Shown in pieces: positions 40,905-50,662 of a stretch of 63,256 bases of DNA. The DNA is taken from positions 1 through 63,256 of IMG/VR virus record IMGVR_UViG_3300038621_000255; one strand, written 5' to 3'. Each line of letters opens with the position of its first letter. Within the stretch, counting starts at the first letter, position 1. Position numbers and translations under genes: made by a program. The notes beneath the pieces were generated by a model. It did not search any database, was not told where the DNA came from, and saw only the letters and a program-made list of their open reading frames with translations. Origin of the DNA: a virus (lineage: Duplodnaviria; Caudoviricetes).

Positions 40905-41142
40905 GCCGCCGCACCTCCTGAGCTAGTTTTTTAAGTTCCTTTTTCCGTGCAAAAAATCGGTTCCCTCGACGCGAACGATTGATATAGAATTTGAAGTCCC
41001 CACCAGATAAAAATATCCGGCAAAAAGTCTGATCGCCTAGATCTAGGACATCGCAAGGGTATTCCTCAAACCGGAACTTACGCAGAAAGGAAAATAAATC
41101 AAGGGGGACTCGTAGGATCCAATTCCAAACTGGTCGTAGCAA
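40894..41142 (-). CDS. Hypothetical protein
   Basis: ORF overlapping neighbours in the same direction. Confidence 0.45.
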   Translation of the reverse strand: MLRPVWNWILRVPLDLFSFLRKFRFEEYPCDVLDLGDQTFCRIFLSGGDFKFYINRSRRGNRFFARKKELKKLAQEVRRRGF

Positions 41143-41629
41143 GGGACTTCGCCTCCTTCGATAAGGATATCATCCCCATTTTAATCAATCCCTCGCCGAT
41201 AAACATATCCCTCGCCACGGCACTTTCCCCACTGTTAAACGGCGTTTCGTAGAAAATTTCCCGAATTCCCGCCGAAATCAATAGTTTCAAACAAGACAAA
41301 CAGGGTTCTAAAGTAACATAGATGCTAGCGCCTGCAGTGGCAATCCCGTGTTTGGCAGCTTGCGCGATCGCATTAGCTTCCGCATGAACCGCACGCGACG
41401 GCAACTCCCTACTACCGGCATCGCAGCTACTCAATCCCGGATAGCAATATCCTTGTGCGATACAGTGCGGCGAACCGCTGGGAGGTCCATTATATCCCGT
41501 TGCCAGTACCTGCCTATCCTTGACAACAACAGCTCCCACAGGAAACGCCAAACAGGTAGAACGGGTAGCCGCCAGTTTCGCTAGCATCAAAAAATATTCA
41601 TCCCAAGTGGGTCGCTGGTAATCAGGCAT
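41099..41629 (-). CDS. dCMP deaminase
   Basis: RPTWDEYF, RSTC, TGYNG, HAEANA, PCLSC. Confidence 0.95.
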   Translation of the reverse strand: MPDYQRPTWDEYFLMLAKLAATRSTCLAFPVGAVVVKDRQVLATGYNGPPSGSPHCIAQGYCYPGLSSCDAGSRELPSRAVHAEANAIAQAAKHGIATAGASIYVTLEPCLSCLKLLISAGIREIFYETPFNSGESAVARDMFIGEGLIKMGMISLSKEAKSLATTSLELDPTSPP

Positions 41630-43100
41630 CTTGCGTATAAGGAATATCGTTCGTCAAACAGTTGTACGCTTTTTGTAGTTCTATACCCAAATATCCTGCA
41701 TGTTCGGCATGGAGAACGGGAGCATCCGCGCAAATATCTCGCATCAAATTCAATGGTTTTTTCCCGCGATAGGTAGCCACCACTTCGCCGCTACCAGGGG
41801 TTAGCCACTGTACGACAATTTGACCGTGTTCTAGTTCGATTTGGAAATTACCAGAGGGATCGTAAAAATCGCGATTCCGGCGTACAATATGGGCATACTG
41901 GTCTTGAATCAAGCGATCGGCATTATCCCAACAATCATCATAGATATGCGCCGACTGACTAACAGTAATTAACGGACCCAACCGCAAATTGTAGAAACTA
42001 CGTTGGTTTATGCGATCGCGAATATGCTTTTGTAACGCTCGCAATCCCATGGCATTCGCCGGCCAAGCCGCAAACATATCGTTGCTGCGTAGCGTCGCCG
42101 TCAGCGATAGTTCGTTGTCTACCACCCGAACCCAAATATGGTTCAAACAGGGACTTCCGCCTTTCTCGTGGTCGCGAACATCCCACAACGACATCACCGC
42201 ACTAGCAGCATCAATCTCACCAATCAGCTTTTCGATAACCTGTTCCACCTGGTCGCGTCCAAACCAAGAACGCAACCGCTGGCCGTACGTATATTTCACC
42301 CCTTCGCGATAGGGAGCATCGTTTAAAATTTGAGGAATGTATTCCTTGATAAAAGCACGGTCCACAGGCAAATAATTGGGTTCGGGAAAATAAAAATCCT
42401 CCGGTTCGTCGGTAATAACCGCCACCAAATCGATCAGTTCCTGCCACTGACCGTCGTAGCCAGTAGGTCGAATGGTTCCGGTAGTTTTGATGCGGTGGAT
42501 AATTTTGACCCAAGTTTCGGCAATAGTTTTGCCTTCAATGCGATGGCCGTAACGCGAACCAGGCAAAACCGTAGGCGTATTTTCCACCAACGGAAACTCT
42601 TGGGGTTCTCCCCACGGTGGCTGCCAATCTTGACTGGCATAGGATTTGGCCAGTTCGCAGGCCCTGTCTTTATCCGTCACCAACTGCCATTCAATGGCAT
42701 CCCGCAATTGCTGCAACACCGAGGCAGGGATTTCTTCGTCGATATATCCCGGTACTGGAGAACGCACCACCCAACAGGAACGACCGGTGTCGCTAACACC
42801 AGCAGTAAATCCATGCTCAAAAAAATCGCGCAGGCATTCGCAAGCTCTGGCGTTTTTGTCTTCTTTGGTAGCGTCGAGAATAACCAAATAGCGTACGTGG
42901 GGATTGGCAATTAAATTGCGAACCAATAAATTAATTCCCCGGGTCGCACTGTACAGCTGTCCAATTGCGGCGTACTCGTAGGGCTGTAGATGCTTGGCTA
43001 CGGTATCTCGCACCGTCCACCCGGTAACGATGGCAGTTTGCCCTGTACCGCAGATGACTTGATTTGGCTTGTATATGGGCTTGTATTTCCAACCTGGCAT
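41622..43100 (-). CDS. thyA: Thymidylate synthase (cyanobacterial multidomain type)
   Basis: YTYGQRL, PCL, RSNDMFAAWPAN, SAHIY; extra N- and C-terminal domains. Confidence 0.88.
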   Translation of the reverse strand: MPGWKYKPIYKPNQVICGTGQTAIVTGWTVRDTVAKHLQPYEYAAIGQLYSATRGINLLVRNLIANPHVRYLVILDATKEDKNARACECLRDFFEHGFTAGVSDTGRSCWVVRSPVPGYIDEEIPASVLQQLRDAIEWQLVTDKDRACELAKSYASQDWQPPWGEPQEFPLVENTPTVLPGSRYGHRIEGKTIAETWVKIIHRIKTTGTIRPTGYDGQWQELIDLVAVITDEPEDFYFPEPNYLPVDRAFIKEYIPQILNDAPYREGVKYTYGQRLRSWFGRDQVEQVIEKLIGEIDAASAVMSLWDVRDHEKGGSPCLNHIWVRVVDNELSLTATLRSNDMFAAWPANAMGLRALQKHIRDRINQRSFYNLRLGPLITVSQSAHIYDDCWDNADRLIQDQYAHIVRRNRDFYDPSGNFQIELEHGQIVVQWLTPGSGEVVATYRGKKPLNLMRDICADAPVLHAEHAGYLGIELQKAYNCLTNDIPYTQDA

Positions 43101-43102
43101 GG

Positions 43103-43363
43103 TTACCCCCTAAAAGCTTTCCGGAAGGGGAGAACGCCTAAAATTTTCGCTTCCACAATGATTTTATTAGGGGACTCGCGATAAAGGGATACCCTGGAAG
43201 CGAAGCCGAGCAAATAACCCCAATAACCCATCATCGCCCGAGCAATCCCTGGCAGTAATTGCCCCTCCCACGGGTTGGATTTTCCCACTAAAAAACCCTT
43301 TAGATTTCTAGCGATCGCACTTTCGCTTTCTGGTGGTTCGACCCACTGCTTTTGAAAAAACAT
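43103..43363 (-). CDS. Hypothetical protein
   Basis: GGAGG RBS and extended -10 upstream. Confidence 0.6.
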   Translation of the reverse strand: MFFQKQWVEPPESESAIARNLKGFLVGKSNPWEGQLLPGIARAMMGYWGYLLGFASRVSLYRESPNKIIVEAKILGVLPFRKAFRG

Positions 43364-43404
43364 CGAAATACCTCCCGTTTGCCTATCTCAATTTTATCAC
43401 CCTT

Positions 43405-43845
43405 GCCGCTGTAATAATTAGGCATAAATCGGTGTAATCTCCACCAACAGGGAATTATACGGTTTTGGATAGAATTTAGCCAGATTTTTATTACAGCTTT
43501 TATTATAGCCCCATAATATGCCTACAATCTCCACACAGAGCAGATCTCAGCAGGTCTTTCTCCGGTCGGGATAAAGCCATAATAAAAATTATATTACAGT
43601 CCTTCACCCCTGCAAAATCCCTAAAATCTCCTGTACGTCTGGATTCCAGGCTAATTACAAGGGGTCGCAGCAAAAATTACAACCGGGTCTACGCGGATCG
43701 CTGTAATCCCTCAACCATGCAGATTTTGGATTTTATTACAGTATTACTAGATCGGGTAATATATCCTGTAATATTTGCTGTAATCTCCACACAGAGCGAA
43801 TTTTGACCCTATTTGAATATACTATTGTATACTGTGTTACGAAAT
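43405..43845. repeat. ATTAC-rich locus C containing right arm (43693-43796) of 104-bp inverted repeat
   Basis: Exact reverse complement of 18910-19013; 43485-43540 near-inverted to 57994-58050. Confidence 0.92.
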
Positions 43846-44052
43846 TTCGTTGTTAGTACCGGCATAAAAATAGGGATACCCAATTCTAGGGAATAGGTAT
43901 CCTTGTGGTTTAACTACCTTTAACCACCCTTTCGCCCTCTTATCTGTGGCATTTCAGAATTTATTTTAGAAACTGGTTGACAATATCTAGAGGGTTGTGT
44001 CACTATAAAAATAGTTAGTTCATTCAGCAGAGTAGACCGACGAGGTAAATAC

Positions 44053-44217
44053 ATGCACAATCAACGCAAAATAAAGGTTTCCCTAGATGCCCTGGAACAA
44101 ATATCGGAAGTGTATCCGGAATATGTCGCCCAGGTTCTACAGGAAGTGGCAAATATAGATGGGTCTCAAGTAGATGAAATTTTACGGTGGCTAGAATCAG
44201 AATCAGAAGAAAAGTAA
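44053..44217 (+). CDS. 54-aa acidic protein (below ORF-track cutoff)
   Basis: GAGG RBS, ATG..TAA directly after promoter at 43977. Confidence 0.6.
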   Translation: MHNQRKIKVSLDALEQISEVYPEYVAQVLQEVANIDGSQVDEILRWLESESEEK

Positions 44218-44225
44218 AACCTTAC

Positions 44226-44253
44226 CGACCTGGGTAAGTCGTTAAAGTGCCCT
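44226..44253 (+). ncRNA. Putative pseudoknot, copy 2
   Basis: CGACCTGGGTAAGTCGTTAAAGTGCCC. Confidence 0.6.
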
Positions 44254-44286
44254 GCAACAAGAGTAAATGCACTGGAGGCAAACACC

Positions 44287-44895
44287 ATGACTACAACAAC
44301 AGAACAAACCCAAAACGACTTAGAAATCGCCACTGTTTTTATTAACGGTGAATCCAGCCTGGGGTTCGAAGACGATAACCTTGGATCCGATGCTGTACAG
44401 GCTTCGGCTGCCGAGGTCAATGAGCAACCTGATTGGAAACAAGAAAATCTTGAGCCAGGGGATGTTCTAGATCTCTCTGACGGTCTCGTCAGAGTTGACG
44501 ATCAACTCGACTTTGTAAACCCCGACAAGGAAGACGAACAGCAGGAGCAAGGAGAACAACAGGAGCAAACGTCCACAGAACAAGATACCGTTCAGGAAGA
44601 ACAGCAAGAGCGAAACGACAGTCAAGAAAGCAAGGGTATCAAACAAAAACTTGCCAGCATTCCCCACAAACGGCTAAAAGTAGCTATTTTAGCCTCCGCA
44701 GCTGTTGCGGTTTGGGGGACCGTCTACTCCGTCTTTACAACCCCATTTCCTTCCCTCTTGTTCGATGTCGTGGGGATTGGGTCTGCCATATGGTTCATCT
44801 ATCGGTATCTCTCGACTGCAGAGGGTCGGGAAAATTTGGAAAATGACTTACATCGTATTTGGAAACGAGTCTGGGATTGGGTACTTAACTACTAA
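44287..44895 (+). CDS. CAAD/CurT-like membrane protein with acidic N-terminus
   Basis: P..LFDVVGIGSAIWFIYRYLSTAEGRENL matches CURT1/CAAD pattern ELvGlgY..WF.yRYL....R.eL. Confidence 0.8.
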   Translation: MTTTTEQTQNDLEIATVFINGESSLGFEDDNLGSDAVQASAAEVNEQPDWKQENLEPGDVLDLSDGLVRVDDQLDFVNPDKEDEQQEQGEQQEQTSTEQDTVQEEQQERNDSQESKGIKQKLASIPHKRLKVAILASAAVAVWGTVYSVFTTPFPSLLFDVVGIGSAIWFIYRYLSTAEGRENLENDLHRIWKRVWDWVLNY

Positions 44896-44948
44896 GTAAG
44901 TACATGGGGGCAGCTACTGCCCCCCATTTTTATTGGAGGCAAGAAAGT

Positions 44949-46238
44949 ATGGCATTGCAGACTAAGTATCGCCCCAAGTTTTTTGCAGAGGTTCGGGGGC
45001 AAAACTTCACAGTCGAAACCCTGCAAAAGTCCCTAAAAGCAGGGAAGTTCGCCCAAGTTTACTTATTTGCAGGGCATCACGGTTGTGGCAAAACAACCAT
45101 AGCCCGGTTGCTGGCAAAGGCGTTGAATTGCCAACAACAGAATAACCACCCTAGTGCAGAACCTTGCGGCACTTGCCCCAGCTGTAAGGCGATAGAGAAA
45201 GATAACAGTTTAGATTATGTGGAGTTCGACGCGGCATCGAATTCAGGGATCGAGCATGTGCGCGAATTAATACAGAACGTCAGTTTATGCGCCGCTCAAT
45301 CTCGCTACAGAGTCTTTGTGGTAGATGAGTGTCACCAATTGAGTAGAGCCGCTCAAGATGTTCTGTTAAAAACGCTGGAAGAGCCTCCAGCCCACGTGGT
45401 TTTTATTTTCACCACAACCGACCCTCAGAGGTTGAACGATACGGTGCGATCGCGCTGCCATGAGTTTCGGTTTCGTTCCCCTACTCATGAGGAGAGTGGC
45501 GACCTTTTGAGGGAAGTGGCAGAGAAAGAGGGAATAGATATCACCGACCCAGCAATCGCCGAGTTGGTTGCGATTTCCAAGGGTAGCGTTCGGGATGCTC
45601 AAAAAAATCTCGACCTCCTAGCTTCTAGAGGGGAACGAATCACCCCCGACCTAGTGCGGGAATTTGGTGGGGTGCTTGGGTTTCGCCAAATTTTGCCTAC
45701 GATCCAGGCGATCCAGAGTGCGAACTCCATCGGTGTGGTAAATAACCTGGATCCCCTATTTGCACAGTACCCTTGCGAAGAGATTTTGAGAAAAGTTTCG
45801 GAAATCTTCCGGGATATTTTTGTGCTAGCCGCGACCGGGGACGAATCCTTGTTGGAGAACCCCGTATCCTCTTTGGTGTGCGATCGCGGCGAGGCTGCTA
45901 AGAAATTGCAGAGACTCAAGGAAGCCTCCACCCAGTTGCACCGGGTGTCGGAACGACAGAAGCAAATCTGGTTGGAAGTTGTTTTGATGGAATTATGCAA
46001 ACTTTCTTCCTCATCCTCATCATCGCCGCCACAACCAGAACCAAAAAGAGAGACACCAAAGGAAGATAATCACGACCAGGTATTGCAGAAACTCAAACCT
46101 AGGCTTCGGCGAACTTTGCAACCCCAGTTGGTGAAAATAGAAGGGGATACCTGTTGGGTGAGATCGCGATCTCCCCTAAAATTGGTTGAGCCGGAATTGA
46201 AGAAGCTGGGTTATCAAATTAAGGAGGTCACGTCATGA
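44949..46238 (+). CDS. dnaX: DNA polymerase III clamp loader gamma/tau
   Basis: KYRP..F, GCGKTT, PCGTCPSC, DAASN, DECH, LLKTLEEPP, SRC. Confidence 0.95.
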   Translation: MALQTKYRPKFFAEVRGQNFTVETLQKSLKAGKFAQVYLFAGHHGCGKTTIARLLAKALNCQQQNNHPSAEPCGTCPSCKAIEKDNSLDYVEFDAASNSGIEHVRELIQNVSLCAAQSRYRVFVVDECHQLSRAAQDVLLKTLEEPPAHVVFIFTTTDPQRLNDTVRSRCHEFRFRSPTHEESGDLLREVAEKEGIDITDPAIAELVAISKGSVRDAQKNLDLLASRGERITPDLVREFGGVLGFRQILPTIQAIQSANSIGVVNNLDPLFAQYPCEEILRKVSEIFRDIFVLAATGDESLLENPVSSLVCDRGEAAKKLQRLKEASTQLHRVSERQKQIWLEVVLMELCKLSSSSSSSPPQPEPKRETPKEDNHDQVLQKLKPRLRRTLQPQLVKIEGDTCWVRSRSPLKLVEPELKKLGYQIKEVTS

Positions 46239-47113
46239 AAATTCATGTTTTAGTTGGGGACTCAAGGTGGGAAATTAACCACCGAATCGGCGAATTGCTA
46301 TCCGGTTGGGGCGTTTCCCTTCGGGATGTCTCCACCTATGGGAACGATGCAAGTAGGGAACGGGTAGAAAGCGATCTGCGAATTTTACCTCTATTCTCTC
46401 CAAGCAAAGTGGTACTTTGGGAAGGTTGCAAGGTGCAAGATTTGGTAGAGCTTAGGGGTAGTTCGCAGTCGAATTTAGTTGCCGTTTCTACCAGTGCCGA
46501 TCCTCCTCAGTCTGAGGCTTGGGACTGGCTAAAGAAAAACGCCCAGGTAGAGGAATTCTATTTGCCCAAACCTTGGCAACACCAGAAGGTGCAGAAAAAG
46601 ATCCAGGAGATTGCCCAGAAACAACAGATTTTTATTGAAGAAGGGGCCGCCGAGGCTCTAGCAGAAGAGTATGAAATAGATTTCAATAGAATCGCTAAGG
46701 AGATGGAAAAACTTTCCATCTATCCGAAGATAGACGACTCTCTTGTCCGGCTGGCTTCTACTGGTTCCAAAACTTCGGTATTTGATCTAATCGAAGCCCT
46801 AATTGATGGAAGGACTGGAGAAGCGTACAAGACAGTGAATCACCTAGTACAGCAGGGGCAAAGTCCCTTACAGATCCTTGGTTTTTTACTGGCAGAACTT
46901 GATCGCTATCTGCGGGTAAAACTGGATCTTGATATTTCTAGCATGTCGCCGGCAAGACGGCGATTTCTAAAAAAACGACTCAGTGCAGTTTCCCTTGATT
47001 TTCTGAAAACGGCATTAGAGCTAACGATTGATACCCAGAATCTATTGAGTGAAGGAAGCGACCCACTATTGTGTCTCCAAACTTTAGTTCTGGAGCTGTC
47101 TCTGGAGAGATAA
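46235..47113 (+). CDS. holA: Clamp loader delta subunit
   Basis: Coupled to dnaX; EMEKLSIY, SVFDLIEAL, PLQIL patterns. Confidence 0.8.
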   Translation: MKIHVLVGDSRWEINHRIGELLSGWGVSLRDVSTYGNDASRERVESDLRILPLFSPSKVVLWEGCKVQDLVELRGSSQSNLVAVSTSADPPQSEAWDWLKKNAQVEEFYLPKPWQHQKVQKKIQEIAQKQQIFIEEGAAEALAEEYEIDFNRIAKEMEKLSIYPKIDDSLVRLASTGSKTSVFDLIEALIDGRTGEAYKTVNHLVQQGQSPLQILGFLLAELDRYLRVKLDLDISSMSPARRRFLKKRLSAVSLDFLKTALELTIDTQNLLSEGSDPLLCLQTLVLELSLER

Positions 47114-47186
47114 TATAAATTGGTTGACAATCCCAAGGGATTGTGTCATGCTAAAAATAGCTGGAGCAAACACAACGAGGTTAACT

Positions 47187-47657
47187 ATGTCTGAGCGCGT
47201 GAAAACCATTATCGAGATGGTCCGCCCTATCATACAAGGGATGGACAAAGAGGAAAAACTGGAACTAAAGAAAAAGTTGGGAATCAATTCCTCCCAAAGC
47301 CAGATCAATCATATAGAAGGGGTGGAAGTCAGTGGGAATTTCCACTTTAACCCAAGGCAAGAAAATGGCAATCCTAGAAAACCTAAAGTGGAGATAGTGA
47401 TAAATAAGGATTTATCAAACAACCACTTAGCTGGTCGTTGCTACAGTTTATTTTATGAAAAGGATTTTGAGTGTAGGTTTCAAAATTTATGCTCCGATTT
47501 AGGTTGCACCGAAGTTAGTTATACTGGGAGGAATTGGTTTTGGCTAGGATATAACCTTCCTCCGTTGGAGCTAGATCCGTTATTCGATAAAATCGAACAT
47601 CATTTCCCTAATACAGATTGGGATCTCGATTTCTCTATTGTGGGGGAGGAAAGGTAA
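47187..47657 (+). CDS. Hypothetical protein
   Basis: Promoter at 47124 and GAGG RBS before ATG 47187. Confidence 0.65.
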   Translation: MSERVKTIIEMVRPIIQGMDKEEKLELKKKLGINSSQSQINHIEGVEVSGNFHFNPRQENGNPRKPKVEIVINKDLSNNHLAGRCYSLFYEKDFECRFQNLCSDLGCTEVSYTGRNWFWLGYNLPPLELDPLFDKIEHHFPNTDWDLDFSIVGEER

Positions 47658-47803
47658 TGAGATGGATTCTGATTTTATCCCTAACGGGAAACATCACCTT
47701 ACTATTCTACTTGCTTTCCAATAGGGAACTGGCAAGTTTTAGTTCCCTATTGGGGGGTGCCCTGCTTTGGTGGGAAATGAAATAAGAACAATAAGGAGAT
47801 ATT

Positions 47804-48127
47804 ATGCAACCTAAGACTTTTTACGAACGGTTGGACTGTAGTAAGTTTATTACAAAAATCCCCCGCAACATACCAAAAGAATTGCTCCATGATTGGCAGT
47901 ATGTAGGGGATAAAAGGGCAATTGATGGGGCACCTCTCCAAATTGTAATGCACTTTTCCCCTGCAAAAGAAGCTTTTTACCGTGGTATTCCAGCTAGTCG
48001 ATGGGGCGATCTTTGGGATCTGTTTGACGGTTTTCAGCATTTCTTTTATTCCCCAGAGGGGAAGCTATTAGAAGACCATGTCCGCAGGCGTTGTAGTGAG
48101 AACGTGGTTATTGTGGATAATATATAG
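47804..48127 (+). CDS. Hypothetical protein
   Basis: AAGGAG RBS. Confidence 0.6.
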   Translation: MQPKTFYERLDCSKFITKIPRNIPKELLHDWQYVGDKRAIDGAPLQIVMHFSPAKEAFYRGIPASRWGDLWDLFDGFQHFFYSPEGKLLEDHVRRRCSENVVIVDNI

Positions 48128-48217
48128 GGTTTGGCGGATGGTGGAACCCTGGTGGGGAATTTCGTATAAATACGAACACACGCTTAATACGTTCACGGCT
48201 ACAATTGACAAAACTGT

Positions 48218-48511
48218 TTGGTAAAGAACATGATGAAGTCTCAACCTTACCGCAAACATTGCCCCACCTGCGGTGCCAACCGGGTCACTTACCCTGACGG
48301 CACCTCTAAGATGGAGACCCAATGGTCGCGTGCCAATAATGCAGAACCTATGGATTTAGCCGCTTTTCATACCAAGTGTTGCCGATTTGTGCGGCAACAC
48401 GGCGATTTCTGCATTAATATCCCACCCACAAGGCAGGAATACGACGCCCGATACGACTACGAAGAACAACACCAGTTATTAACCCAGGAAATACAAAACG
48501 CCTTAGATTGA
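48218..48511 (+). CDS. Cys-rich hypothetical protein
   Basis: CPTC and CC..C; start uncertain. Confidence 0.55.
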   Translation: MVKNMMKSQPYRKHCPTCGANRVTYPDGTSKMETQWSRANNAEPMDLAAFHTKCCRFVRQHGDFCINIPPTRQEYDARYDYEEQHQLLTQEIQNALD

Positions 48512-48585
48512 TAGAATTAGGGATAGATAGGAACTTGTTGGGATGGTGTAACACTGCCTTAGCCCCGGTGGGTGGCCGGGGCTTT

Positions 48586-49470
48586 TTAGTAGTTCTGGAC
48601 CAACACTTCGCCAACTTCGCCGCGATCGCTACCCTTAGAATTTATCGACCTGCGTACTTCTAAAGGGTAGATATTGAAATCTTGGTATAGTTCCCTAATC
48701 AAGGGGCAATCCGAGTTTGAGAGTAGGAATTTTGCGCCTTTTCGGTCTATTTCCTGGCAAAACCTGGCAACTTCCCTTTGCATTTCATCGCCCCATTTTT
48801 CGTTGCCTACGTAGGAAGTGTGCGATCCTTCCGTTCGCTTGGGGTAAGGTGGATCTAGGTATACAAAATCCCCACTCGAAACCGATTCTATAATCTCCCT
48901 GAAATCACAGTTCCAGACGGTGCAGTCCTTATGGTTGAGAACTTCAGAGAGAGATAGAATCAAATTTTGATTGTAAAGATTTACCTTTTCGTAGTGTCCC
49001 CATGGGGCATTAAAATTACCTTGCAAATTCTCTCGCCACAACCCATTGAAACAAATACGGTTGAGAAATACCGCACGGACTGCTCTTACAAGTTTGCGGT
49101 CGGAAGGGTGGTTATTGAATAAATCGCGCGTAGAATAGTAAAGGTACTCTTTGAGATCCACCGCGGCATTGTTGTATTTTTTCTCCAATTCTCCCAAGTA
49201 GTGGGCTAATAAATCGGGCTGGTCCCTCACTACCTCTAATACTTCGATTGGTACCCGGTTCGTATCACTCCCCACTCTTTTCCGGTTTGGGAAGTACCTT
49301 GCCATTTCCCAAAATAGTGCCCCACCTCCTAGGAAGGGTTCCCAGTAGGTTTGAAATTCCTTGGGCAAGTGACTCCAAAGGGTGGACAGAATTTGTCTTT
49401 TCCCACCTGCCCACTTCAGAATGGGCTGTGGCTTCGTTTGGTTTCCAATATCTAGCTCTAGTTGCTGCAT
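48586..49470 (-). CDS. dam: Dam-family DNA adenine methyltransferase
   Basis: KWAGGK, EPFLGGG, FNGLWR.N..G.FN.P, DPPY. Confidence 0.92.
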   Translation of the reverse strand: MQQLELDIGNQTKPQPILKWAGGKRQILSTLWSHLPKEFQTYWEPFLGGGALFWEMARYFPNRKRVGSDTNRVPIEVLEVVRDQPDLLAHYLGELEKKYNNAAVDLKEYLYYSTRDLFNNHPSDRKLVRAVRAVFLNRICFNGLWRENLQGNFNAPWGHYEKVNLYNQNLILSLSEVLNHKDCTVWNCDFREIIESVSSGDFVYLDPPYPKRTEGSHTSYVGNEKWGDEMQREVARFCQEIDRKGAKFLLSNSDCPLIRELYQDFNIYPLEVRRSINSKGSDRGEVGEVLVQNY

Positions 49471-49550
49471 TCTATAAAGCCATTTACAATAACCATCAAT
49501 TCTACTATACTAGTTTCTAGTAGGAAAAGCAAACAGTAGGAGGCATTATC

Positions 49551-50042
49551 TTGCTATTTCCATTAGTGGGTATCGACCCGGGCAAGCAGGGGGCGATAGC
49601 GCTTGCAACCTCACCCTATAGGGTGATTATCGCTGATTTCCCTTTACTACAAGGACAGCCCGACCGGGAAAAATTATACTCCTTTTCTGCCCTCGCTCGT
49701 GGTGGAATAGCTTGGATAGAAACCCCGCAGTTTCGCCCAAGCGATATGCGCAGAAACATATTTTCCGCTGGCACTTTCTACGAGTGCTGGCAATTCCCCT
49801 TAATTCTGCATGGATGTTCCATTGCAGAGGTGCCGGCAAGCACTTGGAAGCGAGAAATGGGTCTTTTTGGTACGGGAAAAGATGGGGCGATCGCACTCGC
49901 CAAACAAATCTTTCCCACGGCAAATCCCTATCTGCAAAGAAAAAAAGACCATGACCGTGCAGAAGCTCTATTAATCTTGAGATACGCGCTGATACAGGAA
50001 GGAGGAGAGCTTGGTAAAGAAATCTCTATGGATTTGTATTAG
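49551..50042 (+). CDS. RuvC-like Holliday junction resolvase
   Basis: GIDPG..GAIA, IE, P..WK, HDRAEALLI. Confidence 0.85.
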   Translation: MLFPLVGIDPGKQGAIALATSPYRVIIADFPLLQGQPDREKLYSFSALARGGIAWIETPQFRPSDMRRNIFSAGTFYECWQFPLILHGCSIAEVPASTWKREMGLFGTGKDGAIALAKQIFPTANPYLQRKKDHDRAEALLILRYALIQEGGELGKEISMDLY

Positions 50043-50188
50043 GTTAAGTTTGGGATTCCTTCTGTGCCATCCACAACCGCAATCACCAGATCAAAGCCCA
50101 CCACCCGGATCGGGAAGAGAGGATCGTCAAATGATAACAAGGGTAAACTAAAGAAGATTCTAGCCCTGGTAGCAAGTACCAGGGCTTT

Positions 50189-50569
50189 TTAGTAGGGGTA
50201 GTCGTTCGATTGAAATTCCTTCAACTCTTCAACCGGGAGGTTGAAGAACTTCGCAAGCATCTCTATCTCAGCATCTAGTAGATTTTGCTCCGAAATTTCG
50301 CGGTTACGTATCGCCAGTAATCGCTCTTCGGGGATTCCGGTGTGAGAAGCGATCCTGCGAATTTTCCCATAATTTCTTGGCAGCAAATCTCCTATCTTGC
50401 GGTCACAATCTAAGGGCAATAGCTCTCCGTGTTTCTGATAGTGAATCAAGTCGGCACGCAATAACGCCTCGATTCTTTCGCTTTGAAACTGAGAATCCGG
50501 CAGGGCTAGCTGGTGATATTTCCTGAGCAGGGAGGGAAGGGCAATATTGATTCGGTGAGAATAATCCAA
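50189..50569 (-). CDS. Repressor-like HTH protein
   Basis: IASHTGIPEERL..LAKFFNLPVEEL; divergent from 50771 operon. Confidence 0.55.
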   Translation of the reverse strand: MDYSHRINIALPSLLRKYHQLALPDSQFQSERIEALLRADLIHYQKHGELLPLDCDRKIGDLLPRNYGKIRRIASHTGIPEERLLAIRNREISEQNLLDAEIEMLAKFFNLPVEELKEFQSNDYPY

Positions 50570-50662
50570 AGGGTTTTCTAGAGCGCTTCAATCGCCTATT
50601 CTAGCGCCTTGCGTACCCTTTCTGTAAAATTATAGAGATGTTATGTCTTTGAAGGCTTGACA

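Noticed and set aside
41622-43100. Base-hypermodification enzyme (dCMP hydroxymethylase)
   Set aside because: Asn specificity residue and host-type architecture; no glycosyltransferase or kinase partners seen
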